A stretch of DNA of 64,000 nucleotides, from contig CAVSNY010000003.1 in the NCBI GenBank assembly GCA_963729605.1, forward strand, positions 418,018 to 482,017, written 5' to 3'. The translations under genes and the position numbers were made by a program. The notes under the pieces were generated by a model. That model was not told the origin of the DNA. It made no database searches and worked only from the letters and a program-made list of their open reading frames with translations. The stretch comes from an uncultured Gammaproteobacteria bacterium. Its GTDB lineage: Bacteria > Pseudomonadota > Gammaproteobacteria > DRLM01. Every line of letters begins with the position of its first letter. Positions within the stretch are counted from its first letter, which is position 1. Shown piece after piece: positions 39,491-48,093 of the stretch.

Positions 39491-41503
39491 TCAGAATTTA
39501 AGCGTGAGACCGGCCGTGAGATGGGCCGGCGGCGCCGGTGCGTAATTGATGGTGCCGAATCCGGAGAACACCGCTTCGGCATAGGCTTCGTCCAAGGCGT
39601 TGTTGACATCGAGATGCCAGCGCAAGCTGCGGCCTTGCTCCAGTTTCTGGTTGTAGAACACACCGAGATTGACCACATCGAAGCCGTCGTAGCTCACGCT
39701 GTTGTCGTCGGTCAAGGCGTATTCGCCCACCCTGCGCCAACCGGCCTTGGCGCCCAAGCCGGTGGGCGGCGCGTAAGTGACATTCAATGTCGCCAAATAT
39801 TCCGGCACGCCGGTGACTTGTTTACCTTCCAGCGCCGCATTGGGGTTCTTGGTGATCTCGCTGTCGAACCAGGCGAAGTTCGCGGCGATTTCCAATGACG
39901 GCAGCGGCGTCATGTAACGCAGCTCGGCCTCGACACCGTTGCGGCGGGTCTCGCCCACGTTGCGGAATATGCCCGAGCCGGGCGGATCCTGGAGTATTTC
40001 ATTGGTGGTGTCGGCGATGAACACGGCGACGTCGGTATAAACCGACGCGACGGGCGCGCCGCTCAAACCGATTTCATATTGCCAGATCTCGGTGGGATCG
40101 GCGTTGAGGGTCGGGTCGTATTTGGCCTCGGCTTCGGGCAACTGAAATCCATTGGCGATACTGCCACGCAGTTCCCAATTCGCAGTCAACGCGGAGCGCA
40201 CGCCCAACTTGGGACTGAAATGGTTGTAGCTGTTCATATCGTTTTTGAACGGCGCGCCGCCCGGATCGCGGTTGGTGTAGGTGCCCGAGAAATCGTCGTA
40301 GCGAAAACCCAGGGTGGGACGGAAGCGCGGATTGACCGCCAAGTCTACTTGGCCGAACAGCGAGGCGGTATTGATGGTGAAATCGCGGTCGACATCCAGG
40401 GATTGGCGAACCCGATTGGCGCTGGACCAGCGTTCCCAGGTGGTATCCTCGCTGTAGTATTCGACGCCCGCGACCCAGTTGGCGGCATAACCGGCGATGC
40501 TTTTTTTGCCGTTGAGGCTGGCGCCCAAACCGAACACCGGCCGGTCGTAATTATCCTCGCGCTGACCGCCGGCGGTGTAACCGAACTTGGCCCAGCGCGT
40601 CCAATCCATTTTGGTGCCGTACCCGAAGACCAGCAGCTTGATGTCGTCGCTCAGCAACTGGCTGAAGTCGATCCGCTGGGTGGTGAAGCGTTTGCGTCCG
40701 CCGTCGTTTTCGGCATTGACGGCCTGCAATTTGCGCCGCTCATCATCGTCGAACTGATCCTGCGGTTGGTAGCCGGGCGCATCCCATTGCCCGCCATGCT
40801 GGCGCAAGGACAGGGATATTTCCGAGCGGTCGCTGAGATTGTAGGAAATACGCGCCGCGGCGTTGGATTTATCGTAGCCCGAATTTTCGCGCCAGCCGTC
40901 GGTGTGATAAGCCTCCAGCGCGAAATTGGTGTCGAGCGCGCCGAAGCGCCCGCCCAGCGCCGCTTGCACGTCGTAGGTCGCCCACGGCCCGACGGCGAAA
41001 TCCAATTCCTGATACTCGCCGCCTTTGCGGGTGGTGAAGGCCAGCGTGCCGCCGCGCGCGAAATTGCCGTACAGCGGCGAAACCGGTCCCTTATAAATCG
41101 CAGCTTTTTGTATCTCGATCGGGATCAACACATTGGTGTCGGCGTACCCGTCGGCATGCGACATGCCTTCATTGAGCGGGATACCATCCACGTAAACCGC
41201 CGCATCGCCGCCGTGACCGGCGCCGGCGAAACCGCGGATCACGAAGACATCGGCGACTCCACCCTGACGGTAGGCGCCCAAATACAGGCCCGGCACTTGC
41301 TCGAGGAAGCGGAGGGGCTGCTCCAGATGGACACCGCGCAGCGTCTCGTTATCGACGACATTGACCGTGAACGCGCTGTTGGCTTCGTCCAAGGATTCGC
41401 CTTTCACCTCTATTTCTTTGAGTTGCACCGGGTCCGCCCAACTCGCCTGATAACCGAACGCCGACAGCAAAAGCGGCAATCCCCACATGGCTTTATATTT
41501 CAT
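39491..41503 (-). CDS. TonB-dependent receptor (paralog of 20167-22203)
   Basis: EIEVKG TonB box, GHGGD and SHADGYADTN plug, YKGPVSPLYGNFARGG, terminal Phe. Confidence 0.93.
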   Translation of the reverse strand: MKYKAMWGLPLLLSAFGYQASWADPVQLKEIEVKGESLDEANSAFTVNVVDNETLRGVHLEQPLRFLEQVPGLYLGAYRQGGVADVFVIRGFAGAGHGGDAAVYVDGIPLNEGMSHADGYADTNVLIPIEIQKAAIYKGPVSPLYGNFARGGTLAFTTRKGGEYQELDFAVGPWATYDVQAALGGRFGALDTNFALEAYHTDGWRENSGYDKSNAAARISYNLSDRSEISLSLRQHGGQWDAPGYQPQDQFDDDERRKLQAVNAENDGGRKRFTTQRIDFSQLLSDDIKLLVFGYGTKMDWTRWAKFGYTAGGQREDNYDRPVFGLGASLNGKKSIAGYAANWVAGVEYYSEDTTWERWSSANRVRQSLDVDRDFTINTASLFGQVDLAVNPRFRPTLGFRYDDFSGTYTNRDPGGAPFKNDMNSYNHFSPKLGVRSALTANWELRGSIANGFQLPEAEAKYDPTLNADPTEIWQYEIGLSGAPVASVYTDVAVFIADTTNEILQDPPGSGIFRNVGETRRNGVEAELRYMTPLPSLEIAANFAWFDSEITKNPNAALEGKQVTGVPEYLATLNVTYAPPTGLGAKAGWRRVGEYALTDDNSVSYDGFDVVNLGVFYNQKLEQGRSLRWHLDVNNALDEAYAEAVFSGFGTINYAPAPPAHLTAGLTLKF

Positions 41504-41669
41504 ATTTCCCTTCCCCTCGTTGGCGTTGATGGAACTCCCTCTGAATGAGCCCCTGACCAGAATCGAGATAGACCCCCGTTACATAACCGTGGGTGTCTGA
41601 TCGTAGAAACCATCCCGCGCTCTCTGTTCCCTCCATTCCCTCCGCTGCGTTTTGCGTGCGGAAATGCGA

Positions 41670-41706
41670 GTGACATTTTTATATATATCGTGCCACTAGA
41701 TGTCAA
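41670..41706 (-). promoter_or_regulatory. Near-consensus sigma-70 promoter with overlapping NikR-like palindrome
   Basis: TTGACA-N17-TATAAA; GTGACA-N15-TGCCAC at 41670-41696. Confidence 0.65.
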
Positions 41707-41973
41707 CGGAAAATTTGAGGCACGACTCGCGAGAAGGAATCGGCTCGAATGGAGGGAATAATGGAAATGTTCGTATAACGGAATAAACCGCAAAAGGGAT
41801 TATTCAATCCGGCAAGCGCGGTCCACGCGTTATCGGTGCATCGCTGGATGCGTCAACGACACCCGACTTTTCAGCGCATGGACAACCGGTGAGGACGAAC
41901 GCGTTAGCCACATCCGCCTCACCGGGTAACTCTGGGGGTTTAAGATTGGGAATGAAGGGAAGACGAGCGGCCC

Positions 41974-42246
41974 TCAGTCATGCGAATGTTTATGCGGCGT
42001 CTTTTCATGGCCTGGATGATTATGGCTGTGGGAACCATGTTCATCGGAGCCGGGATGGCTATGGTCATGCGCATCATCTTTGCTGGCGTGGGTGTGGTCA
42101 TGACTATGTTTGTGGCCGTGTTCATGGGCATGGGTGTGAACATGTTCATGCGCATGCTCCTCTTGGCCGTGTTGATGTTTGTGGTCATGGGTATGAGAAT
42201 GTTGGTGGTCGTGTTGGTGCTCGTGTTCATGCTTACCAGTACTCAT
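41974..42246 (-). CDS. 90-aa poly-His (HX)n metal-binding peptide
   Basis: MSTGKHEHEHQHDH…HKHSHD; 34 His by manual count; AGGAGAG RBS; no signal peptide. Confidence 0.85.
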   Translation of the reverse strand: MSTGKHEHEHQHDHQHSHTHDHKHQHGQEEHAHEHVHTHAHEHGHKHSHDHTHASKDDAHDHSHPGSDEHGSHSHNHPGHEKTPHKHSHD

Positions 42247-42343
42247 GATCGCTCTCCTTATCGTGGGGTGGTTTATCTGAGCCCATCCTTGGTCGGTAAA
42301 ACAGCCCATCCATAAAAAACCTTCAACCCTCGCCGCTCGACCG

Positions 42344-42538
42344 CTAGAGACTCTTTTGACGGTTGTCCGCCTGGTCGATTTTCTCGGTGATGGGCGGATC
42401 GACCAACGCGCCCTTCCCGCCAGCGGTGACCGCCTTGACCACGGCGCAGTCGCAAATACAGGTTTTATCATCGCTTTCCAAGTGCGCGGTAATCACTTGA
42501 TGGTGGGCACGCCGTTGATCAGTGCTGTCGCAGGACAT
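42344..42538 (-). CDS. 64-aa Cys/His peptide with CxCxC
   Basis: GAGGAGG RBS before the ATG; MSCD…HHQ…H…CICDC; coding-like codon use. Confidence 0.6.
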   Translation of the reverse strand: MSCDSTDQRRAHHQVITAHLESDDKTCICDCAVVKAVTAGGKGALVDPPITEKIDQADNRQKSL

Positions 42539-42703
42539 AAAAGCGCCTCCTCGTGGATATTACAATGCAATATATCGTGTTATTGGCGAGGATAAGGCGG
42601 CGCTTGCGCGGGGTCAAGCACATTTTCCCCATTCCAGTAAAACCCAGCTCCGCCAGGCCCGTTCTTAAAAACCGACACATCGGACCGGACGCCGCGCTGT
42701 CCA

Positions 42704-43792
42704 TTAACCCCAATGCAAAGACCCGCCGGTTTGATATTCCGTCACTTTGGTCTCAAAGAAATTCTTCTCCTTGCGGATGTTGGATTGCTCATCGAGCCAG
42801 GCCAGCCGGCACTCGGCGCCGGGAAAGGGTTCGTCCATATCCAGTTGGCGGGCGCGGCGATTGGCGATGTAACGGAACTGCTCGAGGTGATTCTCGACGC
42901 CGTAGCCCAGAATGGGCTCACGGAATAAGTAGCCCGCGTACGCGGCTTCGGCGGCCTCGGCCTCCCGCCACATCGCCATGACGGCGCTTTTATCGAGCAC
43001 GATGGGATTTTCCAGGAGTATCTGTTTGATGACGCGCAGGCCAAAGCCGCAGTGCATCACTTCGTCGCGCATGATGTATTGCAATTGTTCGGCGGTGCCC
43101 TTCATCAGCCCGCGCCGTTGCAACGCGAAAATCGGACTGAAGCCGTTGTAAAACCAGCAGCCTTCGAACACCGCGGCGAAAAACAGATAGGACATCACGA
43201 AATTTTCCAACTCATGCGGCTGCGTCAAATCGATATTGGGGCGCAGGATATCGTTGAGCCGGTGGTTGGCGATTTGAATTTTGTGATGGATCTCCGGCAC
43301 CACCCGGTAGCGATTGTAGATTTCAGCTTGATCGAGACCGAGGGTTTCGATGCAGTGCTGATAAGTCCAGGTGTGCAGCGCCTCTTCGTAAACCTGGCGG
43401 GCCTGATAAATCTGCAACTCGGGCGCGGTCATCTTTTCCATCACCGCCAGACCGATGTTGCGCATGGCGAGTATGTCCGAGGTGGTGAGATAGGCCAGCA
43501 CGTTTTCGTAGACATGCCGTTCGGCGGGCGTCAGCGCGTGGTGATAATCGTGGACGTCCTGCGACATGTTGATGTCGAGCGGCGTCCAATGATTCTTGTT
43601 GGCGTTGATGAAATATTTCCAGGCCCAGGGATATTTGAACGGCGCCAGCTGATTGATGTCACCGGCGCCGTTGACTACCCGTTTATCGTTGGCGGTTATC
43701 GGCGCCAGGGCCGCGCCGACGGTCGGCCGCAGCGGCGTTATAAGTCCGGGCTGCTGCACAATCGTTGCGATCTCTTCATCCCAATTCAACAT
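42704..43792 (-). CDS. nrdB: Class Ia ribonucleotide reductase beta subunit
   Basis: EEALHTWTY (radical Tyr), FEG.WFY.GF, RDEVMH, NFFETKVTEY. Confidence 0.96.
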   Translation of the reverse strand: MLNWDEEIATIVQQPGLITPLRPTVGAALAPITANDKRVVNGAGDINQLAPFKYPWAWKYFINANKNHWTPLDINMSQDVHDYHHALTPAERHVYENVLAYLTTSDILAMRNIGLAVMEKMTAPELQIYQARQVYEEALHTWTYQHCIETLGLDQAEIYNRYRVVPEIHHKIQIANHRLNDILRPNIDLTQPHELENFVMSYLFFAAVFEGCWFYNGFSPIFALQRRGLMKGTAEQLQYIMRDEVMHCGFGLRVIKQILLENPIVLDKSAVMAMWREAEAAEAAYAGYLFREPILGYGVENHLEQFRYIANRRARQLDMDEPFPGAECRLAWLDEQSNIRKEKNFFETKVTEYQTGGSLHWG

Positions 43793-43808
43793 GATTATTC
43801 TCCCTCGG

Positions 43809-46646
43809 TTACTGACAGGCTTCGCAAGCCGGGTCCGTGATGGCGCAGATTTTCGCGCTATTCGTTTCGGTCATGCCTATCACGTCGGCGGTCTCGGCAC
43901 GGTGTACCGCGGCACTGGATTTCTCGACATGGGTCGCGCCCAGTGTGCGCAGGTAATACGTGGTTTTCAGACCGCGCAGCCAGGCCAGTTTGTAGAGCTG
44001 GTCGAGCAACGGACCGTTGGGTTCGGCCAGATACAGATTCAGCGACTGCGATTGGTCCAGCCATTTTTGGCGGCGGCCGGCGGCCTCGATCAGCGAACGC
44101 GGATCGATCTCGAAAGCGGTGGCGTATTTGCGTTTCAATTCGTCGGGAATCCGGTCTATGGCCTTAATCGACCCATCGAAATATTTGAGATCGTTGACCA
44201 TCACTTCGTCCCACAAATCCAAGGCCTTCAAATCCCGCACGAGATAGGGATTGATCACGCTGAACTCGCCGGACAGGTTGGATTTCACGAACAGATTTTG
44301 ATACGTGGGTTCGATGGACTGGCTCACGCCGCAGATGTTGGAGATGGTGGCGGTCGGCGCGATGGCCAGGCAGTTGCTGTTGCGCATGCCGACCTGTTGC
44401 ACACGGGTTCGCAGTGCGTCCCAATCCAGCGTGGCGCTGGCGTCGGTTTGCAAATATTCGCCGCGCTGCTGCTTGAGCAAGTCTTGCGAATCGATGGGCA
44501 GGATGCCGCGGCTCCACAGCGAACCTTTGAAGGTCGAGTAACTGCCCCGCTCTTCCGCCAGATCGGTACTGGCTCGAATGGCGTAAAATGCGATCGCTTC
44601 CATGCTGCGGTCGGCGAAGCTGATGGCCTGCGCGCTGTCATAGGCGTAACCGAGTTTATACAGCGCATCCTGAAAACCCATCAAACCCAAACCCACCGGA
44701 CGATGGCGCAGATTGGAATAACGCGCTTGCGGCACGGCGTAATAGTTGTAGTCGATGACGTTATCGAGCATACGCATCGCGGTGCTTATGGTTTTTTCCA
44801 GCTTGGCGAGATCGAGACCGTGTTCATCGACATGGGCGGCCAGATTCACCGAGCCCAGATTGCAGACCGCGATTTCCGCATCCGAGGTGTGCAAGGTGAT
44901 CTCGGTGCAAAGATTGGACGAATGCACCACCCCCATATGCTGATTGGTGTAACGCAGATTGCAGGGATCTTTGAAGGTGAGCCAGGGATGACCGGTCTCG
45001 AACAACTGGCCGAGCATCTTGCGCCACAAGGTCACGGCTGAAATGCGCTTCCAAACTTTGATTTCGCCACGCGCGGCCTTGGCTTCATAGGCGACATATT
45101 TTTCGCGGAAGGCGGCGCCGGTGAGGTCGTGCAATTCCGGCACTTCGTCCGGTGAAAACAGCGTCCACTCCTTGTCCTCGCAGACGCGTTCCATGAACAG
45201 GTCGGGTATCCAATGGGCGGTGTTCATGTCATGGGTGCGGCGGCGGTCGTCACCGGTGTTCTTGCGCAGTTCCAGAAAATCCTGGATGTCGATATGCCAG
45301 GTTTCCAAATAGGCGCACACCGCGCCCTTGCGTTTGCCGCCCTGATTGACCGCCACCGCGGTGTCGTTGGCGACCTTGAGGAACGGCACCACGCCCTGCG
45401 AACTGCCGTTAGTGCCTTTGATAAACGCGCCGAGACCGCGCACCCGCGTCCAGTCGTTGCCGAGTCCGCCGGCGAATTTCGAGAGCAGCGCATTGTCTTT
45501 GATGGCGCTGTAAATGCCGTCGAGCGCGTCGGGGATGGTGGTGAGATAACAGGACGACAGCTGCGGCCGCGGCGTGCCCGAATTGAACAAGGTCGGCGTC
45601 GAACTCATGAAATCGAAGGACGACAGCAGCTCATAAAATTCGATGGCGCGGCCTTCCCTGTCGATCTCCTTGATGGCGAGTCCCATGGCGACCCGCATGA
45701 AAAAGGCCTGCGGCAATTCGAATCGCACGCCTTGTTGATGGAGGAAATAACGGTCGTAAAGCGTTTGCAGACCGAGGTAGGTGAATTGCAGATCGCGCTC
45801 TGGCCGGAGCGCCGCGCCCAGTCTGGCCAGATCGAAACGAGTGAGTTCCTTGTCCAGCAATTCCAGTTCGGCGGCGCGCTGGATATACGCGGCGAAATAG
45901 TCCGGATAACGCGCCTGCATTTCGGCGCGGGTCGCGATTTCATCATGCCCGGCGATAAAACTCAGCGCTTCGCGGCGCATGGCGTCGAGCAGGAGGCGCG
46001 CCGTCGCCTGCGAATAATCCGGGTCTTTTTCGATGAGTACCCGCGCGCTCATGATCAAGGCCGTCGCGACATCCTTTTCCGGAATGCCGTCGTAGAGATT
46101 GCCCATCGTCTCTTTGAGTATGCGTTCCGCGCTGACTTCAGCGAGACCCTCGCATGCCTCCCGCACCACGTCATTCAAACGCGCCAGGTCGAGCGGCGCG
46201 CGGTTGCCGTCGCTCAAGCGAATGTGCAACACCGGCGCGGCGGGCGCCGCATCCTGCTCCATTCGCGCCTGCCGACGCCGAGTGTGCTCTTCGCGATACA
46301 ACACATAGGCGCGGGCCACCCGGTAATGGCCTTCCCGCATCAAGGCCAATTCCACTTGATCCTGGATGGTCTCGATGTGCACCGCCCCGCCCGCGGCGAG
46401 ACGGCGAAACAAGGCATCGCCGACTTGGGCGGTCAATTGCTCGACGATTTCCCGGATGCGGCGCGAAGCGGCGGCGTCCTCGCCCTCCACGGCGAGGAAG
46501 GCCTTGGTCATGGCGACGCTGATTTTGCTCGCCTCGAACGGCGTCAAGCTGCCGTTACGGCGGATCACCTGGTAACGCGTCTCGGCGGGCGTATGAAAGG
46601 CCGGCATAACGGCCGGCGGAATTTGACTGGTGGCTTGTGTTTGCAT
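43809..46646 (-). CDS. nrdA: Class Ia ribonucleotide reductase alpha subunit with duplicated N-terminal ATP-cone region
   Basis: VIRRNG ATP cone, SSTPTLFN, SNLCTE, APTATIS, KTTYY, C-terminal C..C. Confidence 0.97.
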   Translation of the reverse strand: MQTQATSQIPPAVMPAFHTPAETRYQVIRRNGSLTPFEASKISVAMTKAFLAVEGEDAAASRRIREIVEQLTAQVGDALFRRLAAGGAVHIETIQDQVELALMREGHYRVARAYVLYREEHTRRRQARMEQDAAPAAPVLHIRLSDGNRAPLDLARLNDVVREACEGLAEVSAERILKETMGNLYDGIPEKDVATALIMSARVLIEKDPDYSQATARLLLDAMRREALSFIAGHDEIATRAEMQARYPDYFAAYIQRAAELELLDKELTRFDLARLGAALRPERDLQFTYLGLQTLYDRYFLHQQGVRFELPQAFFMRVAMGLAIKEIDREGRAIEFYELLSSFDFMSSTPTLFNSGTPRPQLSSCYLTTIPDALDGIYSAIKDNALLSKFAGGLGNDWTRVRGLGAFIKGTNGSSQGVVPFLKVANDTAVAVNQGGKRKGAVCAYLETWHIDIQDFLELRKNTGDDRRRTHDMNTAHWIPDLFMERVCEDKEWTLFSPDEVPELHDLTGAAFREKYVAYEAKAARGEIKVWKRISAVTLWRKMLGQLFETGHPWLTFKDPCNLRYTNQHMGVVHSSNLCTEITLHTSDAEIAVCNLGSVNLAAHVDEHGLDLAKLEKTISTAMRMLDNVIDYNYYAVPQARYSNLRHRPVGLGLMGFQDALYKLGYAYDSAQAISFADRSMEAIAFYAIRASTDLAEERGSYSTFKGSLWSRGILPIDSQDLLKQQRGEYLQTDASATLDWDALRTRVQQVGMRNSNCLAIAPTATISNICGVSQSIEPTYQNLFVKSNLSGEFSVINPYLVRDLKALDLWDEVMVNDLKYFDGSIKAIDRIPDELKRKYATAFEIDPRSLIEAAGRRQKWLDQSQSLNLYLAEPNGPLLDQLYKLAWLRGLKTTYYLRTLGATHVEKSSAAVHRAETADVIGMTETNSAKICAITDPACEACQ

Positions 46647-46787
46647 GGTTCCCCTCTTTCCTTGCTGCTGGTCGGGAACCTGCGTGAAGGCGGGAGAACA
46701 GATGGCGGCGTGAGCCAGGCAACGCTGTCCTTACCCGGTGACCTTGACGCGAGGTCCTGAGTTTATCCATTGCTGGACGACACGTTC

Positions 46788-47045
46788 CGGCAGGTATTCG
46801 GACTTGGGGGCGCGAACCAAGATTAGGAAAGCGAGATGATATTTCGCTTCCGCGCCCTGAACATTCCAGATGGAATTATCAGAACGCACCTCGTTCACCT
46901 GGGACCACGGCTTCCCATCCTCGCGGACAGTGCCTGACTCGACGTCGGTGGCCTTCGTTCCCCCATACCGCTGCGCGACAGTCCCGGAATCTCACCGGGT
47001 TCCCTGTTGACTCACCCACTACATGTAGTGGGTGAACCGGAGCGT
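46788..47045 (-). ncRNA. Cobalamin (AdoCbl) riboswitch
   Basis: Minus strand AACAGGGAACCCGGTGAGATTCCGGGACTG…GCGGT…GCACTG…GGGAAG…AAGTCCGAATACCTGCC (B12 box). Confidence 0.9.
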
Positions 47046-47063
47046 GCACACAAGATATATCAA
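47016..47063. promoter_or_regulatory. Tandem NrdR boxes
   Basis: CCACTACATGTAGTGG (47016) and ACACAAGATATATCAA (47048), 32 bp apart, upstream of nrdA. Confidence 0.7.
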
Positions 47064-47081
47064 CTATTTTAAAATCACAAC

Positions 47082-47987
47082 CTAGATTTCAGGCAGGCCA
47101 TGGTCGCGGTCGCGGGCCAGTTCGATAAACTCGCGCAGATAGAGAACATCACGCTCCGGCCGCCGCAGGGCGGCGTAAAGCAGGCCTTTCATGCCTTGCG
47201 CGGTCAGAGGCCGGGTCGCCAAACCGCCCTTCTGGGTGGTTTCGTTCAGCACCCAGTCGGGCAACACCGCCACACCACGCTGGCTGGCCACCAGCAGCAA
47301 AATCACCGCGGTCAATTCGGACTGGCGCACCGCCAGCGGTTCCACGCCCGCCGGTTGCAGAAAACGGGTGAACACGTCGAGCCGTTGCCGCTGCACCGGG
47401 TAGGTGATCAAGATTTCGCCGGCCAGATCGGCGGGCTCGATGTAGCTCTTTTCCGCCAGCGGATGGGCGCGCGCGGTGACCAAACGCGCCTCGTATTCAA
47501 ACAACGGTTCGAATACCACGTCGTTCAGCTCAAGCGGATCGGAACTGATCACCAGATCGATATCGCCTTTCTGCAAGGCCGGAATCGGATCGAAGCTCAC
47601 GCCGACCCGGATATCCACCTCCACCTCGGGCCAGCGCCGGCGAAAGGCGTCGAGCACCGGCATCAGCCACTCGAAACAGGCGTGGCATTCGATGGCGATG
47701 TGCAAACGCCCGGTCTCGCCTTTGGCCAGCCGCAGCAATTCCTTTTCCACGCCGGCGATTTCCGGCAACACCCGCCGCGCCAGTTCGAGTAATTTCTGCC
47801 CGGCCAAGGTCAGGCGCAGCGGCTTGGTGTTGCGCAAAAACAGCGGCGCGCCGTAATAGGCCTCCAGCGCTTTGATCTGATGGGACAACGCCGACTGGGT
47901 GAGATGGACTTGTTCGGCGGCGCGGGCCAGATTGGTCGCCTCCTCGATGGCGAGCAGGCTGCGCAAATGACGTATCTCTAAAAACAT
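47082..47987 (-). CDS. metR: LysR-family regulator MetR
   Basis: LEIRHLR…HLTQSALSHQ, IECHACFEWL; divergent from metE. Confidence 0.95.
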   Translation of the reverse strand: MFLEIRHLRSLLAIEEATNLARAAEQVHLTQSALSHQIKALEAYYGAPLFLRNTKPLRLTLAGQKLLELARRVLPEIAGVEKELLRLAKGETGRLHIAIECHACFEWLMPVLDAFRRRWPEVEVDIRVGVSFDPIPALQKGDIDLVISSDPLELNDVVFEPLFEYEARLVTARAHPLAEKSYIEPADLAGEILITYPVQRQRLDVFTRFLQPAGVEPLAVRQSELTAVILLLVASQRGVAVLPDWVLNETTQKGGLATRPLTAQGMKGLLYAALRRPERDVLYLREFIELARDRDHGLPEI

Positions 47988-47989
47988 AA

Positions 47990-48033
47990 TGAATGAATCT
48001 CATGATAATTAGTAAAAACGTGAAATTGCCTCA
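47990..48033. promoter_or_regulatory. MetR-binding sites
   Basis: TGAATGAATCTCA (47990) and TGAAATTGCCTCA (48021) fit TGAA-N5-T/CTCA. Confidence 0.6.
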
Positions 48034-48093
48034 ATACTAATCGCTGCTCATACTCCTGCGCAAATTCAGCGTCCATCAAAACAGGAGTAGTAC

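Noticed and set aside
41763-41780. Zur box (GAAATGTT..TATAAC)
   Set aside because: Half-site spacing is 2 nt too short; the similar 7-1-7 at 42558 has about 5 mismatches and fits the N15 palindrome better
41940-42315. Met/Thr-rich and Met/Val-rich ORFs
   Set aside because: Alternative-frame and antisense readings of the poly-His gene
9700-42700. Integrative mobile element explaining the metal region
   Set aside because: No integrase, transposase, tRNA or flanking direct repeats seen
12090-46760. Long plus-strand ORFs opposite real genes (e.g. 13224-15068, 20323-22161, 25676-27733, 40079-41548, 45213-46760)
   Set aside because: Typical GC-rich antisense shadows of well-supported minus-strand genes
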